64,000 bases of DNA from NCBI RefSeq assembly GCF_006345805.1, contig NC_043011.1, forward strand, positions 26,176,464 through 26,240,463. The letters run 5' to 3'. A program made the translations under genes and the position numbers. The notes under the pieces were generated by a model that was not told the DNA's origin, ran no database searches, and saw nothing but the letters and a program-made list of their open reading frames with translations. This stretch comes from Octopus sinensis. Taxonomy: Eukaryota. Of the stretch, positions 35,171 through 50,300 are shown piece after piece (position 1 is the first letter of the stretch; every line of letters starts with the position of its first letter).

Positions 35171-38100
35171 CTTCTTTTTAGACAATGATGGATACATTGG
35201 ATTATAAGGATACATAGCCTTACAATATTTGGAGGAAAAAGGTTGTTTTTTTTTTTTCATCATAGATCTACTTAGCTGGGACTGAGCTATGACTATATAA
35301 TAAAACCAACTGTTCACCTATTAAAGGCTACTTTTCTTAAGGAATTGAAGTATTTCTCCACATTTCCAAGAAACTAAATTCACTTTTGTTTTATTCCATT
35401 AACTTTGATAGATTAGCTTGTTGCTTCTGTAATCATTCAAATAAAGCTGAATATATTTGGGATATGAGAATTGCAGGTTTTCTTTTTTTTTCTTCTTTTT
35501 TTCTTTAGTGCTCCATACATGCCATCTAATATTTTTGCTTGTGTGTATCTATATAGGTAGTTATGTTCTCTTCTGAATTTCACATATCTTGTAAACACTC
35601 TGCCACCAAGTTACTATTCTGTGACTTGTGTCAGTTGTAATTTTATAAAGTCAGCATTTGGTGCAATTGGGTGTTTTATCTTGCTATTATTTAATCTTTT
35701 GTGAGGTATTTAGGTCAAGATTTCTAGTGCCTGTATTGCATGGAGATAGATGGTGCCTAAACTGTATGTATTAGTCAGTGAGGCATATTTGTGTTTTGGA
35801 TAAAGGTTTAGTTGTTCTGTTGTGAAGAAGTGCTGTTTGGGCTATATGACTAGTATCTCTACCTTGAAAGAATGAAATACTGTGGGATTTGAATTTGGAA
35901 TGTAGGAACTGAAGTAATTAGCCTGTTTTGGTTATATGAAGCCGGTTAATCTCAAAGAATGATTTTTCTAGCATTGTTCTTGTACGTTTATGTGTGGTGG
36001 TTTAAGCTATGAATTTGTTGTGTTCTGCAACTAATGTGTAAGAAATGAACATTTGATAGTCATTGTGACAACTATTGAAGCAAAGGGTTCCTGGTTTCCA
36101 ATTCACAAAACCAAGGGTTACTATGCTCAAGAGCAGCCACAATGTACAAGACAGTTTTACAGAATGAACATTCAGTATCAATATATTTTAAGGTCTGTGG
36201 GACTCATAAAATAAAAATTGTAGAACACTTTTGTACATCATTATTCAGTATCATGTTATTTGGAATGTATGACTACAAAAACTATTGACTAATTTCTTTG
36301 TCAGTATGGCCAATAAGTCAGTGTTAGCTCGTTTAGTTGTCTACTCTTTTCATAATTGGTATCTTTTAGTGAGGATGGGGAGAGAAAATTACCTCTTATT
36401 ACTTAAAATGTCATAGCCTCTTAATGATTTGAAACAATACAAAATTTGATGAAGTAATTGTTTATTAAACGATTCACTGTTCTATGAATTCCTTATTTTG
36501 ATACTTATACTTTTTTTAAATCATCCTTGTTTGTTTTCTTATGTGACTTACATCTTCTTTTCATGCTCAATTTTAGAGAACCATGAGATATTCTAATGAC
36601 AACTGCAACACTGCACTTCCCCTCTCCTACCTATCATCCATTTCATGCCCTGTCTTACTCCTGCAGTGTTATTAGAGTTTGTTAGAGCTGTCAGCTAATT
36701 GTAACAATAGAAAGTGTCTGTAGACTATTTCTCTGCTGGACACATCTTTTGTCACTTCTAATGCCTTCTCTTGCCAGCTGCCTCCTGTTTTTCTCCTCAG
36801 GTCAGCACAGACAGGAGATGGGAGGAAGGTGGTTATATGGATGATAAATGTAAATAGGGATTAGTTGTGCAAGCAGTTAAGTACCTTTGTGCTTTTTGTA
36901 GATTGACAGTTTCACTGTAACATTAGGGTTGTTTTTGATGATGAATGAGGAGGATATTATTTGCTTTAATTAGGGAATCACAAAAAGAAGAGCACAGCTG
37001 GGTGCATCATCTTCAGTGTATCTAGTACTTGTACTAATTTTATCAATTTTCTACTTGAACCGAAATCAAAACTTCATTCTGTAATTGTGCATGATACAGA
37101 AAATGCTTTCCAAACAATTTTGTTCTCTGTAATACCAGCCTCCTTTCTGGCCACTCTTGTTGTTTAGGCACAAGTCTACCTTGATTCAGTAGACCTTTGA
37201 TAGAAAGTGTTTCAGCCATGACAATACATTTTATTTCAGTGTATAATGTATTTAACTCTACATTATCTAATATATCCTTTTGTTGTGCGTGTGTAATTCA
37301 AAGGAAATTTGGTTGCTATTTCTAGCAGGTCAAACGACCATATAAAGGCTTCCTTTCGCTCCTCTCTGTCTATAAGATAGTAATTTTTGTGTAAATGACT
37401 TTAAGGACAGTTAATTGATAGAAATAATAGATTTTTTTTTACTGACAGATGATATTTTGTTTTTCTTTTACACTCCATTTTTTCCCAAAATTGGAATAAA
37501 TGCGCTTGTTTCCAACTGTTTGATCACCTACTTCACTGCTATTCAACAACAAAGCTGACTTTTTGGCTTGCTGTTGTTGCAAATATGTACATTTACATAA
37601 ATAGCTTCAGTAGGTCTGTGAGTTTGAAATATTGAACAAAACCTATGACTACTGACTGCAAATACAAGTTTAATTACACAAGACATATTAACTCTGCTAG
37701 TAGATTTTTGTTTAGCTGCAAAATAGATACTATACACATTTAGCATTTACTGTTGAGAAGTAGCTATCATGTATTCTTGTAGAATGAACATAAGTGGTAA
37801 AAACATTAACTTTATTTTGTACACAAATATCCAAATTATTAAAAAAATAATACAAGCAAACATTTCTAGATGCATGCAGTCTGTATGTATGTGTTCCTAT
37901 AAATTTATTTTGCTAAAATTTAGTTTATGCAGATTAATATGAAACCACTAACTAAGTGGTATTTTAGTTTAATTTTTGATTTTTATTTTATACCTCCCCC
38001 TTTTTTTTTTACTTGTTTGTTATTAAATTGTGGCCAGGCTGGGAGACCACCTTGGGTTTAGTCAAACAAATCAACCCTAATACTTATATTTTTAAAATCT

Positions 38101-38385
38101 GGTATTTATTCTGTTAGTATCTTTTGCTGAGCTGCTAAGTGATAGGGAATATAAATAGACCAAAATTAGTTCTCAGGCAGCGGAAGGCATAAAGACATAC
38201 ACATGGAAACTGGCTTCCACACAGTTTCCATCTACCAAATTCATTCATGAGAATATACTATGCTATTCCGAACTTCTATAGTACCAGTTCATCTGTTATT
38301 GGCACAGGTTTGACAAGGACAAGTGATCAGTCATTCAAGATTTGGAGACATAGACAGGCCTAATGAGAAATTTAGTTGGAAATAG

Positions 38386-39563
38386 GGGTCTTTTCTGTTG
38401 CTGTCACAGATTTTGAAATTTTAAAATCAAGGGAAAATTTTCAAATTTGGTATATTGCTGAAATTTTCCATGCTGAATCTGGATTTGTTATTCATTTATT
38501 CCGGAAAAATGTTTTTTAAATTGTGGAAGGGTTCTGACCATCCCCAAGTGACTTAGGTGGACTGACTCATTGTTATAAAACAAAGAACTGTCAGCGATTG
38601 GTAGTTCATGTTGGTAGCAGTTCACTGTGAGCCTTGGATATAGATTGTTGAGTCTCATGTAATAGTAGTGCGTCATGTATATACTTTCTTCCCCTCTGCT
38701 TCCTTATAGTATGTATCCAATACAAGGATATAAAAATGTGTTACAGAGGTTTAAAATTTGATAATTGCTACCCACTCAGAAAACAGGATTTGGAAGAAGT
38801 AAAACATTATAACGACAAAAGTTATGAAGTTTTAATAAATTTTAATACATAAAGTCATGAAATGGTCAAACAGGTATGTAAATAATTTGAAAAGGAAAAA
38901 TCCTCAAGAGAATTTTTTGAGAAAAATTACAAATAAAAGCTATGTCAGGACTGGGTTTAGGGTTTGGCTCATTGTTGAGGAAATTACATAGGCTAAAAGA
39001 ACATACATGCGGTGGTGAGTCTCTCTTTACACAGTTTTCTTTTAGGGATAACGCCCTTCTTTTGGAAGTAAGAAACTTTGGTTTTCACTTTCTCCATCAT
39101 ACTTGAAAGGTGAAATTAGTTAGCTGCAATCATACTTGTTTTTAGGTTGAAAAGGTCCAGAAAAAAAAAAACAGTTCAGAATTCTGAAAATGAGGTAGTG
39201 ATAGAACAGCAATTGAAAATATGTTTCTCAAAACAATGTAGGTGAAAAATAACGTAAAGGAAGTACAAAGGTCTAGAAAATAGGCCCTCTCAAAGAAAAT
39301 ACATGTGGTGGTGGTTTAAGCAGACTACAACTTTGTTACTATGGAAACAGGCCCCCAATGTGTCTGACTTTTGATTGGCTAAAATTACCTGAAATTTGCA
39401 AACTTTAAAAAAGCTATTAACTTTTTATTTATTAATTTATGGCAAAAATGAATTTCATTTTCATAATTAATCTACAAAACTGAATCGGTACACCAAATTT
39501 GAAAACAATTGGAATGCAATTAAAAAACAAAATAGAAAACTGTGACATCTACAGAAAAGATCC
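38386..39563. mobile_element. Non-autonomous DNA transposon with long imperfect TIRs (MULE-like)
   Basis: GGGTCTTTTCTGTTGCTGTCACAGATTTT versus reverse complement GGATCTTTTCTGTAGATGTCACAGTTTT; TTTCAAATTTGG present in both arms; similar flanks GGAAATAG/GAAAATAAG. Confidence 0.7.
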
Positions 39564-41218
39564 GAAAATAAGTATATTTAGAGTTAATTGAGGGTGAGGT
39601 TTTCATGATCATTCGAAATTAAGTAGTATGATTACAAATTTATTAATAATGCTGAGCAGTGAGAGCCACTCTAGATGTAAAACAAATTTTATTACTGTTA
39701 AGCAACTGAGCAAGATTATGATAAAGCATAGATTGTGTTTATAGATATTTGTTAAGCTTCTTTACTTTTTTCTTTTTTTTTGTTAGATTATGACACTCTT
39801 GTAATTATTGTTTAGTTGTAGGTATTTGTTATTACCAGGTCATATGTCTGGGCAAGGGAGGGAGGGTTTTCGAGTTATATTTACTTAGATGTGTCATAGT
39901 AGATGTTATATAAAAAAGAGAGATTTGTAAACTTTTTACATGACTGTGGCCATACTGGGGTACCACCTTGAAGAGCTTTTAGTTGAACGCACAGATCCCA
40001 GTACTTTTTTTAAAGCCTGGTATTTGTTTTATAGATTTTTTAACTGCTAAGTCAGGGATGTAAACAAGCCAACACTAGCTGTCAAGTGGTGGTCACACGC
40101 GCACACACATCAGGCTTCTTTTCATTTTCTGTCTACCAAATCCAAGGAGGCTTTGGTTGGTCCAAAGCTGTAGTAGAAGACACTTGCCCAAGGTGCCAGA
40201 CAGTAGGACTGAACCCAGAATTATGTGGTTGGGAAGCAAGCTTCTTACCACACAGCCATGCTTACTGCAATGTATTACAGTATAAAACTCTCCTTCCAAA
40301 TAGCTTGGGTTCTATGGATTTAGCACTCAATTCAAATGCATCTCTCTCTCTCTCTCTAAAGCATTACCTTTATGTTATCAACTTTATTATTATTGTTGAA
40401 CTGCAGCTCAGCATCTGGTAGAGCAGACCTGTGATTAAAAGTGTTTCCACTGTCAACATGCCATCCTTTATCCAGGCACCATCTAGGACTTCATTATTTA
40501 AAATATACTTTTTAAAACTAAGGTACAATGTAAAGGAAGTTTGGCTACTATTTCTGGCGGGTTGGACAATCACTGCAATCCAAATATATTACTGGTATTT
40601 ACTTCAATTGCTAGTAGATATAGAGCTAATTACTATAATGTTTTTGGTTATCTTTAATTTGGTAACTATTTGTTTTTTATTCAAGTTGTTAAATAACAGC
40701 CAAATAAATGAAGAAATGTTGCTGTGACTGAAAAATATTGGCATCTGTTATTGTAGTTTTGCACACCTGTGACCAATGGCATTCCAACTCATATCTCTGT
40801 CTGTCTGTCTATGTGTCTCTCTCTCAGATCTGTGAAATGAAGCTGTAGAGAATTAATAGATTTTATTGCCAGAAGTGTCCAAATTAATCCAAACACTTTG
40901 TCTCACATAATTCAACACTGCTAATATAATGTATAAAATACAGACATGGCTGTGCGATTGAAAAGCTTGCTTTGCAATCATTTGTTTTTGGGTTCAGTTC
41001 CACTGTGTGTCTTCTGCTATGGTTCTAGGCTAGCCAGTGCCTTGAGAATGAATTTGATAGATAGAAACTGTATGGAAGCCTGTTGTATATGTGTGTGTAT
41101 GTGTGTGTCTTTTATGCCCCCCCCCACCATTTGACAACTAGTGTTGGTTTGTTTAATTCCTTGTAACTTAGCAATTGACTTTTAAAAAAATAAGTACTGG
41201 GGTTCTGTTTGTCTAAAC

Positions 41219-41521
41219 CAGTGTTTCTCAACCATTTTCAGTCTATGGACCCCTTTGATTATTATTTTGTTCTGGTTAACCCTCTTGGTCATTTGATGTT
41301 TAAAAATTAGTTTTATAGAAACTTCTCTCAAAATTCCGTGGGTTGAACCAAATAAAATGTTACAGAAAGAAACCTATCTGTTTCTTGAAATACATTCCAA
41401 TACATACATTGAAAGCAAAATTTTTTCAAGGGCTCTTAAAATATTATTGTGGATCCCCAATTTTCTATTTTGTTGTGTGCTCCCTACAAAATCTTACGTG
41501 GACCCCAGTTGAGAACCCCTA
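41219..41521. mobile_element. hAT (Charlie-like) MITE
   Basis: CAGTGTTTCTCAACC ... GTTGAGAACCCCTA; perfect 8-bp TSD GTCTAAAC. Confidence 0.88.
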
Positions 41522-43379
41522 GTCTAAACCCTTCAAGGAGGTCCCAGTATGGTCACAGTCCAATGATTGAAACAGTAAACGATAAAATATTTTATAAAAT
41601 GTTCAAGTTTACTACAATATTCAGTAGCTGTGATATTCCTTGAGCTGGATACATTTCTTAAAGGCAGGCAATGAGTTTGTAGGGCCATGATACAATGATT
41701 TTATTCATGGTCATAAATTGAAATTTGTCAACTTTGGAATTGTGGTGGCACTGGTGTTAAGGATTGAATACTTCTTTTGTTACCAGTTTTCCTGAGAGTA
41801 AGACAAATGTAGTTTAGTGTTTAATGTTGTAGCTTAACTGTAATTCTGTGACAGACAATTCTTACAGTCAAGATTGCCAAGGTTCATACTTAAAATTTTC
41901 AGAGGTCACACTCAAGGCTGTTAAGCTAATAGATATGAACAGACATTTCACAGTAAGACAACTTGCTCTTAAACTGTACACTTCCCACCATCTTCCTTTT
42001 TTTTTTTTTTTTCTTTAGATTGTTTATTTAATCCTAGTTTGACATATTGATTTGACCTTGATTTTTATGTGAACCACAGAACCTCTGTTGTTGTTACACC
42101 TACCTGTTAGATACACACGTCTGCGTGCGCGTGCAGCCTGTTAAATTATTTTATTCAATTAATCAGTACAATATTGAGGATAGTCAAATATGATTACTAA
42201 TTGTCACGTTGTTAACTAGTGACTTTTCAATGTCACTCAGTCAATGCCTTTCTTACATAAGACAACCTGCTGTGATTATCTCCCTTGAATTTGCATCTTA
42301 ATTTACTATTTTATCTTTTTTCCTTTCATCCTTTCATGGGGGTGGGGGTCTATAAAATAAATATCAGTTGAACACTGGAGTCGATGTAATCGATTAGCCC
42401 ATCCCCACCAAGTTTTAGGCCTTGTGCTTCTAGTTGAAAGGATTATAGTAAAAAACAAAAGTAACAGAAAAAAGACCCTATTTATCTTATACAGGAAATG
42501 AATATTCAATAAATGTAGGTATTTTCTGATGGATAATTTGTAATCAGGGTTATTAACTCTATTGACCTGGAGAGGGAGAAAATGGAAAAATTTGGATGTT
42601 CATAGCTTTTATTGATTTAAACAATACATGACACAAATGAGAGTTGAAAATGTGTCATGGAATTGTGTTGAAGTTGCCACTATTATAAATTCTTGTTGTG
42701 TATGTTAGGAATAAGCCTACATGGCATTGTGTCAGATTTAATTACAGTTATAATTTAAAGCCTTGTAACAGCTATCATATTTATATATTTAGGCTTTGCA
42801 TAGTACTTGACTTAGGTTTGTTGAAAATAAATGCCACTTCTTTCTCTCGTCAGTACAGCTGGTCATTAACTGAGATTGCATGCATCTAGTTACAGAGAGA
42901 AACTTTCTTGAAATGTTCTCCAACAATTCATATGCAAAAACCCAAATTTGCATGAATCACCAATGTGAACATTGAGGATATGTTCTTTTTAATAGAATCA
43001 ATTTGTTGAAGTGAACATATCGACCTAAAACCCTGCTCTCTGAATCAATAGAAGTGCAGGACAAGCACTTGCTTGAAAAAACTTTTATGCAAGAGCTTGT
43101 CCTGCTAGAAATAGCAACCAAATCTCCTTCAAATTGCACTGTATCCTCTTGAAAATAGGAAGAGCATATTGAATACTGTGGCTTGAGGTACAGTGTCTGA
43201 ATATAAGATAGGATGACTACACTGGAATGCCTCTAATGTTAAGATTTTCATATTTAGGCTGATCGGAGTCTAAACAAAACATTCCTTTACATTTACATTT
43301 GTTTATCTTTAAATTATGATGATGAGTGTGAAACTTGAAATAAACTTGTGATTCTATATATGGTCCTTTGTATTTTCAG

Positions 43380-43599
43380 ATAAACCCAAGTTGCCGGAGA
43401 ATTACCAGCAAGACACATGGCAGAAATTGAAAGAGGCTGTCGAAGCCATCCACAACAGCCACTCCATAAAATCCTGTTTGGAAGAACTTTATCAGGCAGT
43501 TGAAAATTTGTGTTCTCACAAAATGTCTGCTACAATTTATGAACAGTTAAAACATGTCTGTGAAAGCCATGTGCAATCTAATCTACAACAGTTTTTAGG
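43380..43599 (+). CDS. CUL4: Cullin-4 coding exon 2 ([21 protein letters not shown]...[15 protein letters not shown]...QQFLG)
   Basis: Acceptor TATTTTCAG; strong match to the CUL4 first cullin repeat (DDB1-binding region); ends at a U12 donor. Confidence 0.95.
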
Positions 43600-46500
43600 A
43601 TATCCTTTTTTCTTTTTTTTTTTGATTCACGAAATTGTTTGTTTGTTTATGTTGGTGCTGTCTGTCTATCTTTGTTCTTTTTTTAGACTATGTGATAAAT
43701 GTGTTTTATTATAGGTTACTCTGTAATAGTGAATGTAAATGGGACATGTACTGAAGGGAGAAACTGAGTGCAGTGAAATGTGAAGCACTGAATGGAGACG
43801 TCCTTCTCTGACTGAAAAGTGCTTGCTTGCATTTGTTGTTGCTTAACTGCAGTTAGCTTTGACCAAGCAATTTTATAATTCAGCTATGGTTGTCTAGTCT
43901 TTTTTGTTTTTTGGGTATTTTCCCCCTCATGCACTGGACTAAATTATCCAGTGTGTCATATTTTTTAAGGCAGTATTGTTTGAGGGAAATTTGACTGCTA
44001 TTTTTTTCTCGTTGTTGGAGTTTGTGTGATCTTGTAGTGGTTCCCTCATTGCTGTTGTGATGTGGATTTACTCTGTATGTGGACTTCTGTGTACATGAGC
44101 ACACACACTTTTTGTTCTTTATTAGTTTGGAGGAATTATAGGAAATAGCCATCTCCACGACATTCACAGGCCTGTGAGTTTGACATGGTTAAGGTCCCTT
44201 GTAAATAGTTGCAAGTTGTGCGGGAGGGTATTTCAGAGGACCAAGGTTCTGGGCTGGAAGGACTGGGAGTAGGGATGTGGACACAGACATCTACACACAC
44301 ACACATTAAATCCTTATGATAAGGCAGTCTTGTTGCATAAATGCCAAGCTGACTCACTGTATTTAGTTCCTATCACACAAAACAATATTTCTTGCTTGGC
44401 TAGCAACATTAATAGTTGACTTGCTTAGTCCAGATGATTTCACATATTTGACAATTGGGTTAAGTTGCTTTTCAACATTTAACCACTCAACCATGCAATA
44501 ACAGCTGTACTTGGAGAACATAGTAACTCTCACATTAGAAGCTTCATATTAATATTCAGCTCAAAAGTGTGATGTGGGTGTGTGTTTTTAGTTAGCATTA
44601 ACCATGCTTTATATTTATCTCACTCATGTGTATGTGTCTGCTTGAAATTAGTGTGCTGAGACATGTATAAAATATGCTAGTATGAGTTAGATATATTTGA
44701 AACCTTCCTCAGGCTTTCTTTGCTAATACACATATCAGTGTACCCTATGCTGGCCCACTCAACATGTTTGAATGACTCCAGTTACAATGTTGTTATTTGA
44801 ATTTTCTTTTCCTTTTTAACTGATAACTTATTACCATCCATAGTTACAGAGAGAGCTTGGTGCATTTATTGTTAATTCCAACGTAGCAAAAGTCCTTTTA
44901 AAGTTCAAGGCCTTCAAGTGAAGAGATCAGTTATTTATAGTCAATACTGAAAATATATAACATTGCATTTCAATTGATGGCATTGTGTTTCTACAGATGT
45001 ATGTGTGTGTATATACACACACACACACATATCTTAAACCTTTCGTTACTGTATTTATTTTGAGATGCTCTCTGTCTCTTTCTATTACTTTAACTATAAC
45101 AAAGAATTTAGTAAAATAACTTAGTTATCATTCAGCTTGTGTTAGGAACATAAATTGTGACTAAGGTTTGGTGGAAGATTTTAATTCAAAACTTATGAAA
45201 ACAAGACATTTGTACCAGAGCCAGAGCCGGTTTCAGCCAGGTTGGTAGCGAAAGGGTTAATCACTTAAACTTGTCTAAACACTCATCCTCTCCTGTTAGC
45301 TGGACTATCACCACCCACTTCAAATGGGTCCTCTGACTTCCATTGTTTTATATGGTAACTCTATATCGTCATGGATCTGAAAGACCCATTCATTAGGTGG
45401 TCTGTCACATGGTCATGTGTTTGGGTAGTCTTGGATGAATGCCAACAATTATTAGGTAACCGTCTTTATATGACTGGACCATTTTAGTCTCTTTCTTCCT
45501 ATTGCTTCAGTAATATTTGTACTTGTGGTGGCATTCACCCAAGTTGAGTTGAGCTAGCTTTGACCAGCAAGTTCACCATGTTCCTTATGGATGCTGACTT
45601 CATTCAATAGTGTGGCTGCCATGGCTGTAGTAACCATTGAGATGTAGAGTTCATGTTCAGAGTTTCAGTGAAAATACAAGTTCACATTTAGCCTCCAGTC
45701 ACTTGCGTACACACTTTGAGATAGTGTGATCCATAACAGCTCATCTTGCTGTTAATTGTCAATCATCACAGAGGATTTACTGACTGACTCACTGCTGATT
45801 ATTAGAGTGAACATTACCTGGGGATGAAGTGGGTTCTAGAGACATGCTTTAGCAAAAGCTATGGAGTGCTTCAATCCCAGTTGTCACTCTTAGAACACCA
45901 GACACTAACCCAGAATTTCTGAGTCCTTATGCTATTGCTAGATAATCGTTGAACCTACGCTAGGTTCATCCGTCCTTTTGACAGATCTTGCTTTTCGTCC
46001 TGCTGGGTTTCTAGCAACCCCACTCACCAAGCAAGTCTAGTGGAGGTGTCAGTTTAGTCACCTACGACCTGACCATACAACAGTTCATGTTAACAGTAGC
46101 ACTCAAGTGACCTGACATCAATTGTTTCTGTAATGACACAAGTCCTGTGAAAAGCTTTTCTTATGCGCTCATTTTACAGTGTAGGGATTACATGTAGATT
46201 TTGGGGTATGTATATTTCCACTCTTAACACTGCCTATAGATGTAGCCATTTAGTAGCTTACCAGTCATACTGGTTAGCATCTAGCTCTATGGCGGACCTA
46301 ACTTGCATTGGTCTCATCCATGTCTATTGTAGTGTCTCCAAGAAGGGTCCTGAAATTCCTAGCCTCATCTAATACACTGTCTTGGCTGACAGACCAAACT
46401 TAGACAAAGAGATGAGTACTGAGCATCAGCAGTTGTCTGAGTATCTAGAAGTGGCAGTCCATGGCAGTTTGAAGGCAAGAAACTGAATGTTTTAGCAGTG

Positions 46501-47279
46501 TGTTGTTAGTAAAAATTAAGATTCATAATGGAGACCACTTTGAACGTTCTCTCTTTAGGGAAGTTTTTAGCAAGTACCCAAGTACATTTTTAGTCTATTA
46601 GTCTCAGTGGCTGTACAGTTGAACAGTGGCCCTCAGTCCTAGGCAGAATGTTAAGAATATCCTGGCAGCATTTCTCATTTTGTGGAATGTGAGAATGCTT
46701 AATAATGTATAACTTAGAATTGGAATCATCTCAGAGATAAGTTTCAGTCATTTTATACATGTGGCTGATTTTGTAATAATACCAAAAGATCAAAAGAAAA
46801 TGTAAGATGATACAATGTGAATTACCAATAATGAGCTTTCTTGAAACCTTGAAATACAGATATGTGGCATGGTTGTACCTTTGCTCCAGATCAAGATGGA
46901 TGACAAAGTGTGTCTTTCAAAGAAACCTAAACAAAATATGTGTAACTGTCAATTTGAAAGTGACTGATTTACCATTGGAAATAGTCTATGAACAAATAGT
47001 CTGTGAACAAATTAGAATAGAATGAGCAACCCAGATGATGTTGTCAAAGCCAAATGAGATATACATTACACACACGTGCCTGTGTGTATATGTATGTATG
47101 TGTGTGATCATCATCATCATTTAAACCATCCGTTCTCAATGGTGGCATAAGTTGGATGGTTTGACAGGGGCTTGCTAAGCAGAAGACTGAACTAGGCTTC
47201 ACTAGGGTTTTTACAGTTGGATGTCCTTCTGAGCACCACCCACCTTCCAGAGTGGACTGAGTGCTTTTTACATAGCACC

Positions 47280-47311
<32 letters not shown>

Positions 47312-50300
47312 CATTTATCATCATCGTTTAATGTCTGCCTTCCATGCTAGCCTATGTATATACTCACACGCATATGTCAAAATGTAGGTGCAGGCATGGC
47401 TGTGCCATTAAGAAGTTTGCTTTGGAACTACATAGCTGAGAATTTGTTTTGGTGTATGGACTGGTATCTTCCATTTGAATAGCAAGTTGACCAGTGTCTT
47501 GTAAATGAAATTTGATAGACAGGAAATGGAAGCTTGTCATGTGTGTGTGTTTGTGTATGGATATCTATATATGTGTGTATGTGATTGTGTATAAATAGTG
47601 AAATCATAGCCTGGCTAAGAGAAAAGGTAGATTTTGTGTTCACTGTTAGAGAAAACCCACCTCTCTTTATAAACATGGTGATGTAGACAAGAAAAATGTA
47701 AAATCATTAAAAACTGGCAGTGATGGTGAAACTAGGGGACAGCTACATTTTGGGTCTCTAACCCAATAGAAAAGTCTGTATCTTCTGCCTCTCCTACCTC
47801 TCATACACCCTCTGTCTATTTCCTACATAATGCTACTGGTGTAACTAAAGTTGGCATTCCCTACTACCTTTTCACTCTTTCTGTTATCATACTTTCCACC
47901 TCTCGACTCTATCACTGTTTTTACCATCATATACTCACTCGCTCCAACCACTTATCTGGTCTCTCATATCTTCAATATCTTTGCTATTCACCTCCTCAGT
48001 CTATGCTTTTAACAAACAGCTCATAGAGTAGTGAGGACTCAACTTAGTACTTCTACATATTGGGACCTTACAGTCTTAAAGTGTGCAAGGCAACCCCACT
48101 AATGATGGTGCTCTATGCACCTAGTATATACACTTTGTAAAAGTGGTTGACAAAAGAGTGGAGATGATGTAGGGCCATGAGAACCCTTTAGTGTTGCTGA
48201 GAACATGACAACCTCTTTACTGTTGGTACTACAATAAAATGCACCTAGAATACTCTGTAAGGTTTTGTTGATAGCAACAGCATTCAGCCATAGAAAACAT
48301 GTCAGAAATGTAATGTTCCTGTAAGATTTGGTCTTCTAACTCATTTTAGAAGGCAAGTAATTTTGACTGGGAAGAGACTCAGTCTGTGATGACCTATTTA
48401 ACTCATGCTAGCATGGAAAATGAGCATAATATAACGTGTATATAAATATGTGCAGATATATACAGACATGCACGTGTGTCTGTACACACACACACACACA
48501 CAGATATGTACATTTGTGTCTATACACTTGCATTCTTTTCCTTATCTTCATGGAATTTCTCATGTAAAAATTGATTTGGGTAAACTACTAAATGATGCTA
48601 GCTCCAAATATTTTTTAATATATCCTGACAACACATCTCTAAAAGTCCATTGACAACTTGAAAATATCCATTAAACTGTTAACTGAAGCATGTAAAAAAA
48701 ATAGGTCATAGACATAGTGTCCTGTCACTTAGTAAGGATGGTGCTGAAGAAGAACACATGGCTAGATTTGATATTCCTGGCAGTATAGTGCAAGTTGGAT
48801 CAGAAAATGTGAGAAGAGAGGTCTCAGTAGCTTCTATAGCATTTGGAAGCATAATCTGGAATTTGCAGGATATCAGTTACTGACTTAGAATGTACATTGC
48901 CTTTATTCTCTCAATATATCCAGGACCAATTCTATTTCTGGGAAAAGGGTTCCTAAAATCTAAAATGCATACAGACTCGAAGTTTTTTGAAATGTAGTGT
49001 TTATTGTTTATACTATAGGTGTTACAAATACCATAAAAATGTTTCCATAAGAAAAGCTATTACTGAAGTAATCTGGCTATGTAATAAGATTGCTACCTAA
49101 TAACTATGTAGCTACATATTAGGCTGCCTAGGAATAGGTGTCTTTGATCTGTGATGACATGGCTTCAGTTTCTGCAACAACAGAGGTCAGAGCATTTCTT
49201 TGGAATAGGTAGTGAGGATTCAGGGGCTATTAAGATATAAACCTACAGGCATTTTTATACATGTGTGTGTGTGTATTACATTTTCCTTACCTACTATAAG
49301 GCAATAAAACACCTCTACCATCACTTCAACAAGCCAGTGTGGAAACCTTCATGGAGATCTCTGAATCTGCTAAAAAAAATACCAGGCATATCTCCCTCAA
49401 TCCACACTCTATTGTCTTATAAAAGAAAATACACTGAGTAATATAGCTTGGAGTGAAAGACAATGTGGTCTTAACTATGATCTTGACTAAAATGACTTAG
49501 ATGGTCTATCCTTAGAACCACAAAAACAAAAGTGCTTCTATATCATTGCTCAACCTACAAGAAATAACAGCCAAATAGCCCTCATTAAATCCCACTATTT
49601 TCTTAAGCCACCATCTGATTTAATACTACTAGCTGGTCTTTCAGGGTTTTTATCAGAGTTGACTTTTCAAGAAGTTGGACCAGATCTTCAGTCTTAGAAT
49701 GCCTTTCTCTCACCAATCTCCTTTGAAAATCATGGGTGTTGCTATTCCTTTTTTTTTTTTTTTAATTAAGAAGTAATAAAAAAAAAACACTGGATAAGTC
49801 TAAGAGGACCAGCAACAATAACAACAAATGAAAATGCCTTTACACAGTTGCTTGATTTGCTGCTAGAAATAGCACTAATATCTTCCTGACCACAACCTGC
49901 AATGTTTACAAAAAGTATACACACTCTCTAGAAAATGACAGGATGGTCTCAGAGTGTCTTTGTTGATAAGATCTCTGTGATTAAGTCTGATGTAGGACTA
50001 AACAATACTATTCTTACAAAAGTTTTCCTTTTAATTTCCATGTTTCTATATCAGCATCTGCAGTACACTTTAAGTCTCTCTTGTGTTTCTTTGTTTGTGA
50101 AACGTTTTTGTGTGATAATTTTCAATCTTCTACTTTTAATTTAATTAACCCTAACACTCAATTATGTTTATGTTGCTCTCTTTTTTTCACTCATCCAGTC
50201 ATATGATCTGTTTGAATCAATGTTCTATATTTGTTAGCATATAAGCTGCACTTTTTCTCTAATAAAATGTCTCCAAAGAAATCAATCCCAGGTCCTTTAT

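Noticed and set aside
34638-37281. Extra U12-donor-like words (GTATCCTTT at ~34638, ATATCCTTT at ~37272) in intron 1
   Set aside because: No preceding exon or paired branch site found; likely chance or repeat-derived
43600-43714. GYPFFFFF... tail of the 107-aa ORF
   Set aside because: Read-through of the U12 donor ATATCCTTT
45300-46520. Possible old LINE 5'/endonuclease remnant
   Set aside because: Looks TE-like, but I could not recover a diagnostic motif
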